The translations under genes were made by a program, and so were the position numbers. From a virus, in UHGV virus genome UHGV-0127437: a stretch of 51,462 nt of DNA. The stretch is one strand, 5' to 3'. This document shows, one piece after another, positions 1 through 10,711 of the stretch; position 1 is the first letter of the stretch; each line of letters opens with the position of its first letter. Under the pieces are notes generated by a model. The model worked only from the letters and a program-made list of their open reading frames with translations. It had not been told where the DNA came from and ran no database searches.

Positions 1-49
1 ACATTGATGGGCTATGCCGGGCAGATACAATTCACGACAGACACTTTTT

Positions 50-1315
50 TCACTTCACACGCAAAAGGTCTTCATATCGAGTGGTGTATCGCGGTGAGAG
101 CATCTCCCGCTTCATCTGCCACTGCTGTTGTATGCCCTGTCCGGCGAAGTAGAGCGTACCTACGCCGTCTTTGGTGTTGAGATGATCCAGCACCTTCATC
201 AGTTTGTCGCTATTGCGCCGCGGCGCGTTATCATCAAAAAGGTTGAGTTGTGCCACCCCCTGGCTGAAGAAGTCGCCGAGCATAACGCCTGCCTTCTGGT
301 AACGGCGTCCATCTTTCCAGACAGCATCCAGGCATCGCGTGGCCGCGCCGATAATGTCCCGGCTGTCCTGCGTCGGGGTCAGAAGCTTCACAGAGGCGCT
401 GTTGCCGTAATACGGTTCGTTCAGTGCAAACGGGCTTGTCTTCACGAACGCGGAGATAAACCGGCAATATTGATGCTCGCCGCGCAGCTTCTCCGCCGCC
501 CGGCTGGCGTAACTGAAAATCGCCTGACGCATCTCTTCGTAATCAGTGATACGACCACTGAAGGAGCGTGAGCAGACGATTTCCTGCTTTACTGGTGCAA
601 ACTCTTCCAGTTCCAGACACGGCTCACCACGCAGCTCGCGTACCGTTCTTTCGAGCACAACATTGAAATGCTTCTTGATAAACCGGATATCTGTGTCAGC
701 CAGGTCAAGAGCAGTTTCGATGCCCATCCCCTCCAGCTTTTTAGAGATGCGTCGCCCTATACCCCACACCTCGCCAACTGGCAGCGCAGCTAACAGTTTA
801 CGCTGCCGGCCCACGTTCGATAAATCAACAACACCACCAGTCTGTCGTTGCCACTTCTTTGCCGCATAGTTAGCCAGTTTCGCGAGGGTTTTTGTCTGCG
901 CAATACCGACACCGACGGTGAGATGTGTACGCTGTAATACTGTAGTGCGGATCTCCCGGCCAAATTCAGTAAGATCACGGCAGTTTCGCACGCCAGTCAT
1001 GTCACAAAATGCCTCGTCTATGCTGTAAATTTCGACGCGGGGACTAATTTCTTCCAGCGTTGTCATTACGCGATTCGACATATCAGCGTAAAGCTCATAG
1101 TTACTGGAGAACGCGACGATGCCGTGACGGCGAAAAGTCTCTTTTTGTTTGAAATAGGGCTCCCCCATTTTAACAAAGGACTTCGCTGCTGCTGAACGGG
1201 CAATAACACAGCCATCATTGTTAGAGAGAACGACAACCGGCCTTCCTTTTAGGTCTGGCCTGAACACCGTTTCACAACTCGCATAGAAGCTGTTCACGTC
1301 TACGAGTGCAAACAT
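50..1315 (-). CDS. umuC: Error-prone DNA polymerase V catalytic subunit UmuC (Y-family polymerase)
   Basis: 421-aa ORF; N-terminus MFALVDVNSFYASCETVFRPDL...VVVLSNNDGCVIARS and overall colinear similarity to enterobacterial UmuC as recalled; ATG start; directly downstream of umuD in same operon. Confidence 0.9.
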   Translation of the reverse strand: MFALVDVNSFYASCETVFRPDLKGRPVVVLSNNDGCVIARSAAAKSFVKMGEPYFKQKETFRRHGIVAFSSNYELYADMSNRVMTTLEEISPRVEIYSIDEAFCDMTGVRNCRDLTEFGREIRTTVLQRTHLTVGVGIAQTKTLAKLANYAAKKWQRQTGGVVDLSNVGRQRKLLAALPVGEVWGIGRRISKKLEGMGIETALDLADTDIRFIKKHFNVVLERTVRELRGEPCLELEEFAPVKQEIVCSRSFSGRITDYEEMRQAIFSYASRAAEKLRGEHQYCRFISAFVKTSPFALNEPYYGNSASVKLLTPTQDSRDIIGAATRCLDAVWKDGRRYQKAGVMLGDFFSQGVAQLNLFDDNAPRRNSDKLMKVLDHLNTKDGVGTLYFAGQGIQQQWQMKREMLSPRYTTRYEDLLRVK

Positions 1316-1317
1316 AC

Positions 1318-1734
1318 TCAGCCAGCAGACTTCACGATGTAAGTTACGACGCCGAAAACCTCCAGATTGTCTTCACTTCCAATCATGATTGGTTTATACA
1401 CAGAGTTTTCAGGCTTGAGCATGACAGCAGGATGCAGCAACAGGCGCTTAACTGTGAACTCACCGTCGACCGCTGCAATGACAATGTCCCCATGCCCTGC
1501 TTTTCGTGAACTGTCGACTACCAACAAATCGCCTTCGCCGATTCCGGCATCACGCATAGAATCTCCTGTGGCCTTCACGAAATACGTCGCGCTTGGGTGC
1601 CTCACCAGCAATTCGTTAAGGTCTATACGCGACTCAACATAGTCCTGAGCAGGGGAAGGAAACCCGCATTGCACAAGGTCACTAAACATTGGGAGCGCCA
1701 CATGGCGTAGATCTGTAGGCGTGAAAAACTGCAT
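1318..1734 (-). CDS. umuD: UmuD, LexA-like S24 self-cleaving peptidase subunit of Pol V
   Basis: ORF with [12 protein letters not shown]...[12 protein letters not shown]...GDLLVVDS motifs typical of UmuD/LexA C-terminal domain; track start at 1743 is GTG, in-frame ATG at 1734 with AAGGTGA RBS preferred; stop overlaps/abuts umuC. Confidence 0.85.
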   Translation of the reverse strand: MQFFTPTDLRHVALPMFSDLVQCGFPSPAQDYVESRIDLNELLVRHPSATYFVKATGDSMRDAGIGEGDLLVVDSSRKAGHGDIVIAAVDGEFTVKRLLLHPAVMLKPENSVYKPIMIGSEDNLEVFGVVTYIVKSAG

Positions 1735-1752
1735 GATAATCACCTTAATTGA

Positions 1753-1772
1753 TACTGATTATATATACAGTA
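1753..1772 (-). promoter_or_regulatory. LexA box (SOS operator) upstream of umuDC
   Basis: tactgattatatatacagta = CTG-N10-CAG palindrome matching LexA consensus TACTGTATATATATACAGTA, 19 bp upstream of umuD ATG. Confidence 0.75.
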
Positions 1773-2034
1773 TTATTGTATCAATGGCAGCGATCAAGTC
1801 TCTTAGAAGTACAACACGGTAAGTAACTGGCGTGAGGTGAAATTTAGTTTTGTGGGACATCATCGGCGACCTGCACTATCGAACGATCGCCAACTGGCCG
1901 CATCAGTGTCTTGCATACGCTCTGGTGAGTAAACTTGACGACCCTTCGCCTTTAACGCCCCTCTATCATGTATGTCGATCAAGTACCGCGTTAGTGCTAC
2001 ACTTGCACTCTTTCAGAATTCACTGATTTTTCAC

Positions 2035-2397
2035 ATGTTAAAGCTATTTAGTCGATATGTTTCGGTTGGTGTTGTGAACACCGCGATTCATTGGTTATGC
2101 TTTGCTGGTTTGCTTCACTTCTTTGGCGCCAGCCAGGCCATTTCCAATGTTACGGCATTTTGCGTGGCTGTAACTTTTAGCTTCTTCGCTAATGCAAAGT
2201 TTACTTTCAACTCTCAGGCTACGACCGGGCGTTACATTGCGTTCGTCGTATTCATGGGGGTTATGGCTATGCTCACTGGGTTTATCGCAGATCAACTCAA
2301 GGCACCACCGATTTTAACGCTTGTGGCGTTCTCGGCTTTCAGCCTGATCGCGGGATTTATCTACTCAAAATTCATAGTATTTAGGGATGCTAAATGA
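2035..2397 (+). CDS. gtrA: GtrA, bactoprenol-linked glucose flippase (O-antigen modification)
   Basis: 120-aa membrane protein from ATG at 2035 ([20 protein letters not shown]...[11 protein letters not shown]...[11 protein letters not shown]) matching GtrA family signature; stop overlaps gtrB start (ATGA). Confidence 0.8.
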   Translation: MLKLFSRYVSVGVVNTAIHWLCFAGLLHFFGASQAISNVTAFCVAVTFSFFANAKFTFNSQATTGRYIAFVVFMGVMAMLTGFIADQLKAPPILTLVAFSAFSLIAGFIYSKFIVFRDAK

Positions 2398-3314
2398 AAA
2401 TCTCTCTGATCGTTCCGGTCTTCAATGAAGAGGCCACGATACCGATTTTCTACAAAACGGTTCGGGAATTCGACGAATTAAAACAACATGAAGTTGAGAT
2501 AGTATTCATCAACGATGGCAGCAAAGACACAACGGAATCAATTATCAATGCGCTTGCTGTATCCGATCCGCTCGTCATGCCATTATCATTTACCCGTAAT
2601 TTTGGCAAGGAGCCAGCTTTGTTTGCCGGGCTTGATCACGCAACAGGTGATGCTGTTATCCCTATCGATGTCGATTTACAAGACCCCATTGAAGTTATCC
2701 CGCATCTGATAGAGAAATGGCAGGCTGGCGCTGATATGGTTCTGGCTAAACGCACCGATCGTTCAACGGATGGAAGGCTAAAACGAAAGACCGCAGAATG
2801 GTTCTACAAGTTACACAACAAAATCAGCAACCCACAGATCGAAGAGAATGTGGGTGATTTCCGTCTCATGTCCCGTGAGGTTGTGGAAAACATTAAGCTA
2901 ATGCCAGAACGTAACTTGTTCATGAAAGGCGTTCTTAGCTGGGTTGGCGGAAAGACTGACGTTGTGGAATATGCCCGCGGCGAGCGCGTAGCTGGTGACT
3001 CTAAATTCAATGGCTGGAAATTATGGAATCTGGCTCTTGAAGGGATCACCTCCTTCTCAACGTTTCCGCTACGCATGTGGACATACATTGGCCTTTTTGT
3101 CGCAGGTCTGTCATTCCTGTATGGGGCATGGATGATTGTTGATAAGTTATTTTTCGGCAACAGCGTCCCTGGCTATCCGTCGCTGCTTGTATCAATACTT
3201 TTCTTGGGGGGTATTCAACTTATTGGGATCGGTGTTCTTGGTGAGTATATAGGAAGAATTTATATAGAAACAAAGAAAAGACCAAAATATATTTTGGGGA
3301 AACGCAAAAAATGA
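2394..3314 (+). CDS. gtrB: GtrB, bactoprenol glucosyltransferase (GT2 family)
   Basis: 306-aa [16 protein letters not shown]...INDGSKD...DVDLQDP motifs of GT-A glycosyltransferase, C-terminal TM helices; operon position after gtrA. Confidence 0.85.
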   Translation: MKISLIVPVFNEEATIPIFYKTVREFDELKQHEVEIVFINDGSKDTTESIINALAVSDPLVMPLSFTRNFGKEPALFAGLDHATGDAVIPIDVDLQDPIEVIPHLIEKWQAGADMVLAKRTDRSTDGRLKRKTAEWFYKLHNKISNPQIEENVGDFRLMSREVVENIKLMPERNLFMKGVLSWVGGKTDVVEYARGERVAGDSKFNGWKLWNLALEGITSFSTFPLRMWTYIGLFVAGLSFLYGAWMIVDKLFFGNSVPGYPSLLVSILFLGGIQLIGIGVLGEYIGRIYIETKKRPKYILGKRKK

Positions 3315-4909
3315 GAATAACGAAGATTTTTATTGTCACTTTGACATTCATTGTTATAAGTCTGCCTTTATTTGGTCACTTCTGGACGTCAGGAGACCTG
3401 TCCGCCCATTATTATAGGCTCATATCTATAAAACATCAGTTGGAAACACATCAGTTTCCGATGTATTTCGATTTCGTAACTGATAACATGCAAGGGTATG
3501 GATATTCATGGAATTTATTTTACCCTCCACTGACAGCTTTTCTGTATACAATTATAGAGCTATTAAGCTTTAATAGCATTGATGCTGTTATACAGTTAAA
3601 AATAAGCATAGCAATAATCTCAGCAATAAATTTTTTTATTATGTATTTTTCTGTAAAGAGAATTTTCAACTCTTCACAAATTGCTTTTATCTCAGCGATA
3701 CTATCCGTTACATCATACTATTTTCTATACAATCAATACACTCGCTCTGCATTTCCTGAAGCTCTTGCTATGAGCTTTGTACCCTTGTTACTTTTGGGGC
3801 TATTTGGGTACATCAACAACAATAAAAATAAAATTTATTTACCATTGTCGTTTTCGTTAATACTGTTAACAAATATACCCGCAACCATTGTCACTCTTAT
3901 ATTTATAACTTTATTTGTAGTAATCTTTCATAAGAAATTCATAGAACAATATCGAGATGTAATTTTACATTCATTTATAGTTATTGGTATAACGTCATTT
4001 TTTATACTTCCGCTTTATTACACATCTAAAGGTGACATTTACGCCTTTACATCTATGAAATCAAGTTATGAATCAATGTGGAAGCTAACCATACCAGTTA
4101 TTAACTTAATCATACCGACAAGAACAACGGAGTACCCTTTCAGACTTATTACACCGGGATGGGTTATAATGGGGCTAATAATAGCCTTGTTCACCATGAA
4201 AAAAAATGGTGATAAATTATCTTCCATGCTTGATGGGCACCATAAGGTGGCTATTTCAATATCTTTATTATTCATAATAATGTGCTCACAAATGTTCCCA
4301 TGGAATCACATACCAAAACAGCTTCCGGTACTTAATTTCATTCAGTTCCCCTGGCGAATGATGCTTATATCATCGCCAATCCTGTGCATTTTCGCTGCTC
4401 TAACTCTTGTCAAAATCGCCCAAGAATCCCAAGGGAAGAAAGGTTTAATTTATATTGTCATATTTTCATCAATTATTCTTTCTATGTATGCGTCAACAAG
4501 TCCATTCGATAACAAGGCGAGACTGCCATGGTATCAAGTATATCTTGATTACATGCCTAACAACATGGCGAGAAAAATAAATGAAATTAAAAAAACCAAA
4601 AAAGAACCTATAGTGTTAAGTGGAAATGGAAGTATTGTAAGCGCTAGATTAACTGGCGGCTATCCAACATATAAATATATTTGCATGGATGATTGTACAA
4701 TTCAACTTCCTGTAATTCCTTATAGAGGATATGAGGTAGAAGGAGTTAAATCTTTTTCTGAAAACAACATGGGGTTGATGCAGGTTAACGTATCAAAAGG
4801 GAGTGGGCAAATAAATTTAAAATATAATCCAATTATTATCTACATATCATACGGAATTACGTTAATCACAATAATATTGTTGTTATATTTTACAAGAAGA
4901 AAATCATGA
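3311..4909 (+). CDS. GtrC-like serotype-specific O-antigen glucosyltransferase (polytopic membrane protein)
   Basis: 532-aa very AT-rich ORF with many predicted TM segments, third gene of gtr operon, start overlaps gtrB stop; followed by strong terminator. Confidence 0.6.
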   Translation: MRITKIFIVTLTFIVISLPLFGHFWTSGDLSAHYYRLISIKHQLETHQFPMYFDFVTDNMQGYGYSWNLFYPPLTAFLYTIIELLSFNSIDAVIQLKISIAIISAINFFIMYFSVKRIFNSSQIAFISAILSVTSYYFLYNQYTRSAFPEALAMSFVPLLLLGLFGYINNNKNKIYLPLSFSLILLTNIPATIVTLIFITLFVVIFHKKFIEQYRDVILHSFIVIGITSFFILPLYYTSKGDIYAFTSMKSSYESMWKLTIPVINLIIPTRTTEYPFRLITPGWVIMGLIIALFTMKKNGDKLSSMLDGHHKVAISISLLFIIMCSQMFPWNHIPKQLPVLNFIQFPWRMMLISSPILCIFAALTLVKIAQESQGKKGLIYIVIFSSIILSMYASTSPFDNKARLPWYQVYLDYMPNNMARKINEIKKTKKEPIVLSGNGSIVSARLTGGYPTYKYICMDDCTIQLPVIPYRGYEVEGVKSFSENNMGLMQVNVSKGSGQINLKYNPIIIYISYGITLITIILLLYFTRRKS

Positions 4910-4911
4910 TA

Positions 4912-4944
4912 GAAGGGGCCGCATAAAACGGCCCCTTCTTATTA
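4912..4944. terminator. Bidirectional rho-independent terminator between convergent gtrC and tailspike genes
   Basis: Perfect 10-bp stem gaaggggccg/cggccccttc with 8-nt loop, T-run on + strand after stem; lies between the two convergent stop codons. Confidence 0.7.
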
Positions 4945-6978
4945 AACTATATTACCCACACCATCTTTCCACGCACTTCCTGTCCATGTGATAGCATAAC
5001 CAAGAGTTGTATCCAGTATCTGCGCTCCTGCATCTGCTGCGTTTAATGAAGGGCGTAGTGCGGTCGTAAAGCTCGGTATCCGCACAGGTTTGTTAGCCTG
5101 TATGACGTTGTTCGGAGAAGTAATGTTACCAAAAGAACCAGATACTACGTGGATGACTGCGTAGCGATAACGTAACGCACCTACGCCAGTCCCTTCATCA
5201 GTGCCTAATGAAATAGTGCCGTCTCTGTGTGGCCGCAGGTACGCATGGCTACCTGACTCGTATACCGGGCCGAGGCGCATTGGGTTGGCGGTGCCGATAC
5301 AGATCCAGTTGGCAGAGAATAGCCGGTTATATGCTGTAGGGGCAGACCCATCAACATTATTGACTGTCAGGTCACTGACACCCAAGCCGTTGTGCCCACC
5401 AATAATACTCACTCGACCCGTAAGGTTAGTCATATAGTGGGTTCCAGCTTCACTATAGGTGTTTACCAAGTTAACGTTCGCTACCCGGTTCATGTAGAGA
5501 TTCCCTACACGAATGGTCGTGTTAACAAAGAATAGCTTGCTGCCGCGCCCATCCTGCCATTCTTTCGGATAACCGTTGACTGACGTTGTACCACTCCCAG
5601 ATCCGTCTGTAGCGTAATCGTTCATTCGGTTCGCGGGTTTCTCTGCGGTGTTTATCGCGGCATCGAGGTAAACCCCGCGAATGACGCTATTTGAGAAAAA
5701 CAGGTCGGACGTTCCTGTGCCGCCCCAAATCCAGTTAAGCGCGTAGCCGTTAGCCCCTTGCGGGTATTTAGTCCCGTCCCGGATATCCCGGTCAGTACCC
5801 TTTAGTTTCAACCCATACGAGCTAATCGCGCTTACCAACTGAGTGGGCTGTTTTGGGTCGAGAGGCCATGCAAAGAAATTATCGAATGACAAATCGCACA
5901 TGCTTTGACTGTTGATGCGCCCATTGATATTGAACGTATTGCCAGAACCGTTATTCTGGTCAGATCGGGAGCAGTCGAGGAGAACTGCATCATTCGCAAA
6001 GTAGCCGATAACCGCAGTACCAGACAAGGTTAACCCTGACACTGCCGGAACAAACAGGCCATATGAGAAGCACGCCGTTGCCCCGACGTCATCCACCCCG
6101 GTCAGCGATGGCGCTTCAAGAGTCCCGTCTGTCCGTTTGCGCCACCCCATCAGCACAACGTTGTTGATTGAGATTCCGTGGTCGCAAATACATAAGCCTG
6201 CACTGATCGCCGGGTCATCAGCGCCCTCTACAACGTCTGTCAGGACGTACGTTGCGGGGGTGCCTTTGAGGTTAAATCGGGTAAATCCCGGATCACTGAT
6301 AAGCGTCGCGAGTGTCGTCGCCTCATGACGCATACTATGTGAACGCACCGTGACGGCCTGCGCACCGGTAATGGTCGTGTTTCGTGGGATCATTCCCCAT
6401 TCAATATCAAAATCACCTGGGGGGAAGTGGCAGTTCCTACCAGCATTCTCATCTAAAAACGCCTGGATTTCTTCTTTTGTTGCGCCGCTTCCCCCCGTGA
6501 AATACACGTCATAAGACAGCCGTTCTGCAACCGTCACATCACCATAGCCGATCTGATCTGCACCGGTTGGCAGCGCCAGTTCGCGGCGCAGGACATCGCT
6601 GACATCTACGGCCAGCCATTTTCCGACACCTGTACCGCCGGATGAATCTGGAGTAGAGCCTGGCGGAACGGTTTTCGGTAGGGTCGTTAGATCATCCCAG
6701 CGATACCATGCGCCTGTTGTCTCATCCTGAATGATGTCACCGGCGGAATTAATAACCGCCCCGCCCTGAAATGTCCCGACTGGATTTAAGCCGAGGTTCG
6801 CGAGCGCTGTTTTATAACGCTCTTCCATTCCATGCCACGTAAGGCGCGGCACGCCAAAACGGTCATCCCATGTTTCATTAACCCGGTCATTCGAAAGGTG
6901 ATCAAAGTTCTGTGCGTTATCGTAAAGAACCTTGGCGGATGCAGAACCAAGAGGTTCATTGGTGTTATAGGTGGTCAT
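4942..6978 (-). CDS. Tailspike / tail fiber receptor-binding protein (likely O-antigen specific, beta-helix type)
   Basis: 678-aa ORF, ATG start; conserved phage-tail-attachment-like N-terminus, Gly/Asn/Thr-rich repetitive body typical of beta-helical tailspikes; P22-like position next to gtr operon at prophage end. Confidence 0.65.
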   Translation of the reverse strand: MTTYNTNEPLGSASAKVLYDNAQNFDHLSNDRVNETWDDRFGVPRLTWHGMEERYKTALANLGLNPVGTFQGGAVINSAGDIIQDETTGAWYRWDDLTTLPKTVPPGSTPDSSGGTGVGKWLAVDVSDVLRRELALPTGADQIGYGDVTVAERLSYDVYFTGGSGATKEEIQAFLDENAGRNCHFPPGDFDIEWGMIPRNTTITGAQAVTVRSHSMRHEATTLATLISDPGFTRFNLKGTPATYVLTDVVEGADDPAISAGLCICDHGISINNVVLMGWRKRTDGTLEAPSLTGVDDVGATACFSYGLFVPAVSGLTLSGTAVIGYFANDAVLLDCSRSDQNNGSGNTFNINGRINSQSMCDLSFDNFFAWPLDPKQPTQLVSAISSYGLKLKGTDRDIRDGTKYPQGANGYALNWIWGGTGTSDLFFSNSVIRGVYLDAAINTAEKPANRMNDYATDGSGSGTTSVNGYPKEWQDGRGSKLFFVNTTIRVGNLYMNRVANVNLVNTYSEAGTHYMTNLTGRVSIIGGHNGLGVSDLTVNNVDGSAPTAYNRLFSANWICIGTANPMRLGPVYESGSHAYLRPHRDGTISLGTDEGTGVGALRYRYAVIHVVSGSFGNITSPNNVIQANKPVRIPSFTTALRPSLNAADAGAQILDTTLGYAITWTGSAWKDGVGNIV

Positions 6979-6984
6979 GCTGGC

Positions 6985-7020
6985 CTCATAAAATAGAAAA
7001 CCCGCGATTATTCGCGGGTT
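6985..7020 (-). terminator. Rho-independent terminator upstream of tailspike gene (terminates upstream minus-strand transcript)
   Basis: Stem aacccgcga/tcgcgggtt with ttat loop; U-rich tract on minus strand immediately after. Confidence 0.6.
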
Positions 7021-7043
7021 CTGAATGTTATCTAGTGGAGTGA

Positions 7044-7565
7044 TTATTTGATGAAAGACAAGATCTCATTTTCTTGGAAAGTGTATTTTTTATCCTCTTC
7101 CTCAACAGAGAGACAAAGTGCATCTGATAATTTCCTTACTACTGAATAATTATCAGCTATCAGTGTTGCGGTTTCCTGATCTACTTGATGGTGCAGCGAT
7201 TCAAAACTGATACTATTGCCGTAAAGATTTTTCAATAGCAGCAAGTATTCATGCGCTTTTAACCAGTCAAGACGCCCTCCTCCACCTGCATTAAACTCTC
7301 TTCTCACGGTGGCTGCATTATATGCAATACCATTAAATGCCTGTGCATACACACCAGACCATAAAGTAATTATTCTGGATTTGGTGAATGTTATTACGTC
7401 ATTGACATCATAAATGTTCCAGTCAGGTATTATAGTGGTCGACCCTTTCGGCCCTGAAAGAGAATCATTAATTATCTCTATAGGGCCGACAATACCACCT
7501 TGTAATTTCCATGAGAGCCAATGCCCAACCTCGTGTAACACAACATCCTTTAACTGAACCGCCAT
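7044..7565 (-). CDS. Hypothetical protein with N-terminal HExxH motif (possible ImmA/IrrE-like or other zinc metallopeptidase); low-GC cargo
   Basis: ORF with ATG at 7565 preceded by GGGAGGGG RBS (track GTG at 7583); motif VLHEVGHWL; AT-rich relative to flanking tail genes. Confidence 0.45.
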   Translation of the reverse strand: MAVQLKDVVLHEVGHWLSWKLQGGIVGPIEIINDSLSGPKGSTTIIPDWNIYDVNDVITFTKSRIITLWSGVYAQAFNGIAYNAATVRREFNAGGGGRLDWLKAHEYLLLLKNLYGNSISFESLHHQVDQETATLIADNYSVVRKLSDALCLSVEEEDKKYTFQENEILSFIK

Positions 7566-7607
7566 ATCCCCTCCCGCATCCACAGTCGATATTACACTAC
7601 ATCACGA

Positions 7608-10325
7608 TCATCCTACATTGCCGGGATAAGTGGCATTGTCGTAATCGTAGAAGCTGGGTTTATACTGCTTCGCCGTTACCTGGCATGTGCCATCAGATTG
7701 AGGCGCGATCTCAGAGATAATGGCGTTATAGCCAACGCGCGAAGAGTCGCAAAAAATAAGGCGTGGTGGCTCAATAGCCGGATCATTGAGGACGATTTCA
7801 GCAAATTCATTCAGGTATCGCACTGTCACCTGATAATCATCAGCCCTGATTGCCGTAAGAAGAGATGATGCGGTCCCGTCCTGAAATCGGATGATCACTC
7901 GCGGGTTTTCATAACTCCAATCCAGTGGCTCGGTTACCGTGAATGTTGTCAGCGCATTTTCGGTTGTCATTTCATCAACCAGACAGGAAATAGTTTTATT
8001 GCCAGGAATATCGTCTGTCAGCACTATGCGGTCGCCGACGTTATAGCAAAGGGCGTCCAGTTCGGTTAATGTCGTATGCGTCAGCCGTTGCTGTAGGTAC
8101 TTAATCAGCCGCCGCATGCCGATCTGATATGCCCGGTCCCGGTCGAGCACACCGTCAAGCGTATAGTCTTCGATTTTTACGGGCGTTGGATTTCCCGGTA
8201 TCCGGCACTGTACCGTTTCCTCCGCCCAGGTGGTGCCGTTGATATACGTAACGTCCACGCCGTCATAGTCGTCGTAAGACGGAGCCACGAACGCGGTTTG
8301 CAAGTCTTCTGTCATCTCATGTGGACTGATAACCCCCGACCAGGGCTTAACGCCTTCGCGCGCAACCGAGGCAAGCCCGTCTGCCAGCAGAAAATAGCTT
8401 TTCCCGGCGTTGGCGATCTTCTGCAAAACCTCCAGCGCAGATGTGCTGTCAGTCGTCTCGAAGTCGAAAAACTCATTGTCAGGCGTCCAGTACGCACTTT
8501 CCAGCGCATCAATGGCGTCGGTGTCCATATCCAGCCCCAGCGAGTTACCAACATAGTACAGCGCGCCGGAGATGCTGCGCGCCGCGCCAGTGTCGTAAAT
8601 CCTTGTAGCTACCACGTTCACCCGGCGATCGGACTGCGCCGCCAGCTTACCGCCGGTTTCCACCGTGACGCCCATCGTCGTTACGCCAGCGTACGATGAC
8701 GGCCTGGTCAGCAGGCGGCCACGCAATGATTGCCAGTACATATTATCTCGGCTGTTATCCTGCCCCTGCTCGTTAGTGCGCCGACACCGCACTTCAACAA
8801 GACCGGGAGAATTCAGCGTGATGCGCTCAGTGAAACCAAGGCCATTAATATTTTTTGTGTTATACGAACCGGTTTTGCTCATCCATCCCGAACCAGAACC
8901 ATAAACGCGGTACTGAACTTCCCAGCGAACCGTTCTGTTTTGTTTTCTCCCTTTTTTGTCGTACCCGCAAATGCCATTCGGGAAGAAGAAATTCACTTCA
9001 AACATGTCGATGGTTTCATTATCCGGGCATGCCAGAAATGGCCCCATCCAGGAGTCATTCTGGTTAACGCCAGATGCCTCAAAATCAAGTACGGTACGCG
9101 CCACGAAACCCGGCCATGTGTTATCGACAACACCGTCAATCAAGCGTTGAAGAGTCACACTGGTGCCGTCCACGTCGAAAATTTTGAACTGATATCCAGC
9201 GTGAGAAACAGAAAGCCTGATATACCCCTCAGGAATACCCGTAAAAGGCGCGCCGGTTTCATTCTCATAAGCCAGCGTTATAGACGCGGTGACTTCCTCT
9301 TCTTCCTCTGTCGCGTCTGCATGCGGCGTATACGAAGCGATAAACAGGCTATAGTCGACGCTGTTGTACCAGAGCGTTACCGGCATTCCGACGTAAGGGG
9401 CGATTTCCGCCAGATTGTCACTGGTAATACGGCTGTATGCGCCATCGTTGGTAACAACAAACTGATCGGGTACGATTAGCTCAACCGTCGCACCAGCAAC
9501 CCAGGAATCAGGCAGCTCGTTTGTTGCAGTATCGTCGTCAGCGCTTAATCCGTTAAATGTGATTGTACTTCCCGACACCGTCAGCGACTGCGCCACAACA
9601 TCATCCGTATCCGGCGCGGTCTGGGCCATATCCAGCCCGGCACCCGATGACGTCCCGCCAACCTCGGTAGAGTTAAACCAGTTTTCGCTACGGCGATCAC
9701 CAGCCACATTCTGACCTGGCTGAAAAACGGTGTACGTGAAACCATCACCAAGCGATGAAACTGGTGTGGCACCAACACGCATATCCCCTTCGCCGAATGA
9801 AAATTGTCCGAATCCCAGAGCAACGAACATTTCAACGGTCATCACTGTCGGATCGTCCGGGCGGAACCGGGTTACCGGCTGCACTACATAATCGGGGTAA
9901 ATTCGGCGGCGTCCGAACAGCTCGCGGATTGGATCGCCCAGTTTTGCACGATTCGCTTTTGCCGGGTTAACGTCCAGTGAATCGCCTGTCGACGAAGAAA
10001 AACCACCGGGATCTGATGCGCCAGGCGCAAAGAACAGCGCATAAGCCACAGATGCGACCGAAACAGCAACGGCAATCCACGCCAGCGCAACGGCGCCATG
10101 AGGAACCGGATAAATGCGCACATCACTTGTCGGGCTGATCGCATAATCGAACCATGCCGCAGCCGGGATATTCACGCCGTCCACTTCAATGGCGATCGGA
10201 TGTTTCATATCAGCGCGATAATTATCAACGTTCCGCGTCATCCACTGATGGATCGTGATAGCACTATGTTCATGCGTTTCCAGCGGTTCGCCAGGTAATC
10301 GGGAAGGATAAATTCTAATGGTCAC
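7608..10325 (-). CDS. Tail tip / central tail fiber protein (lambda gpJ-like host specificity protein)
   Basis: 905-aa ORF following NlpC/P60 tail gene in M-L-K-J-like order; GTG start overlapping upstream stop (GTGA). Confidence 0.6.
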   Translation of the reverse strand: MTIRIYPSRLPGEPLETHEHSAITIHQWMTRNVDNYRADMKHPIAIEVDGVNIPAAAWFDYAISPTSDVRIYPVPHGAVALAWIAVAVSVASVAYALFFAPGASDPGGFSSSTGDSLDVNPAKANRAKLGDPIRELFGRRRIYPDYVVQPVTRFRPDDPTVMTVEMFVALGFGQFSFGEGDMRVGATPVSSLGDGFTYTVFQPGQNVAGDRRSENWFNSTEVGGTSSGAGLDMAQTAPDTDDVVAQSLTVSGSTITFNGLSADDDTATNELPDSWVAGATVELIVPDQFVVTNDGAYSRITSDNLAEIAPYVGMPVTLWYNSVDYSLFIASYTPHADATEEEEEVTASITLAYENETGAPFTGIPEGYIRLSVSHAGYQFKIFDVDGTSVTLQRLIDGVVDNTWPGFVARTVLDFEASGVNQNDSWMGPFLACPDNETIDMFEVNFFFPNGICGYDKKGRKQNRTVRWEVQYRVYGSGSGWMSKTGSYNTKNINGLGFTERITLNSPGLVEVRCRRTNEQGQDNSRDNMYWQSLRGRLLTRPSSYAGVTTMGVTVETGGKLAAQSDRRVNVVATRIYDTGAARSISGALYYVGNSLGLDMDTDAIDALESAYWTPDNEFFDFETTDSTSALEVLQKIANAGKSYFLLADGLASVAREGVKPWSGVISPHEMTEDLQTAFVAPSYDDYDGVDVTYINGTTWAEETVQCRIPGNPTPVKIEDYTLDGVLDRDRAYQIGMRRLIKYLQQRLTHTTLTELDALCYNVGDRIVLTDDIPGNKTISCLVDEMTTENALTTFTVTEPLDWSYENPRVIIRFQDGTASSLLTAIRADDYQVTVRYLNEFAEIVLNDPAIEPPRLIFCDSSRVGYNAIISEIAPQSDGTCQVTAKQYKPSFYDYDNATYPGNVG

Positions 10326-10702
10326 TTCCAGAACTCCACTTTAACGAAGCGGCGAACAAACTGTGCCACCGGCGTGAAAGAAACGTTGGATTTAGGGTTG
10401 CATTCGGCCACATGCAGACGGCCATTAAGCACCACGACAACGCCGACATGCGTAACAGTTGAGCCTGAATAGCAGGCAACACCCGCACCTTCACATGGCT
10501 CGCAGCGTTGTAGGGAAAGCATCAGTTTCCTCGCTTCTCGATTAAGCCCTCCACTATCTTTCGTCACTCCGGCGAAATCCGGCCACTCATGAAGCCCCAG
10601 ATCGCGACGCACCTCATTCACAATGCCGAAACAGTCAAGTTCAGGGTAAGCGCGACCGCCCTTCAGCCATCTGACCGAAAGGTATTTATCTTGATTGAAC
10701 AT
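10322..10702 (-). CDS. Tail assembly protein with NlpC/P60-type cysteine peptidase fold (lambda gpK-like)
   Basis: 126-aa ORF, ATG start; Cys...His arrangement (LDCFGIV...THVGVVV) reminiscent of NlpC/P60; position between minor tail genes and J-like gene. Confidence 0.55.
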   Translation of the reverse strand: MFNQDKYLSVRWLKGGRAYPELDCFGIVNEVRRDLGLHEWPDFAGVTKDSGGLNREARKLMLSLQRCEPCEGAGVACYSGSTVTHVGVVVVLNGRLHVAECNPKSNVSFTPVAQFVRRFVKVEFWK

Positions 10703-10711
10703 TGAAACTCC

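Noticed and set aside
8298-9479. Multiple plus-strand ORFs (e.g. 8298-8699, 8730-9479, 8855-9067) overlapping the tail tip gene
   Set aside because: They lie antisense within a long, well-supported minus-strand structural gene and have no RBS or motifs; typical spurious ORFs of GC-rich antisense frames.
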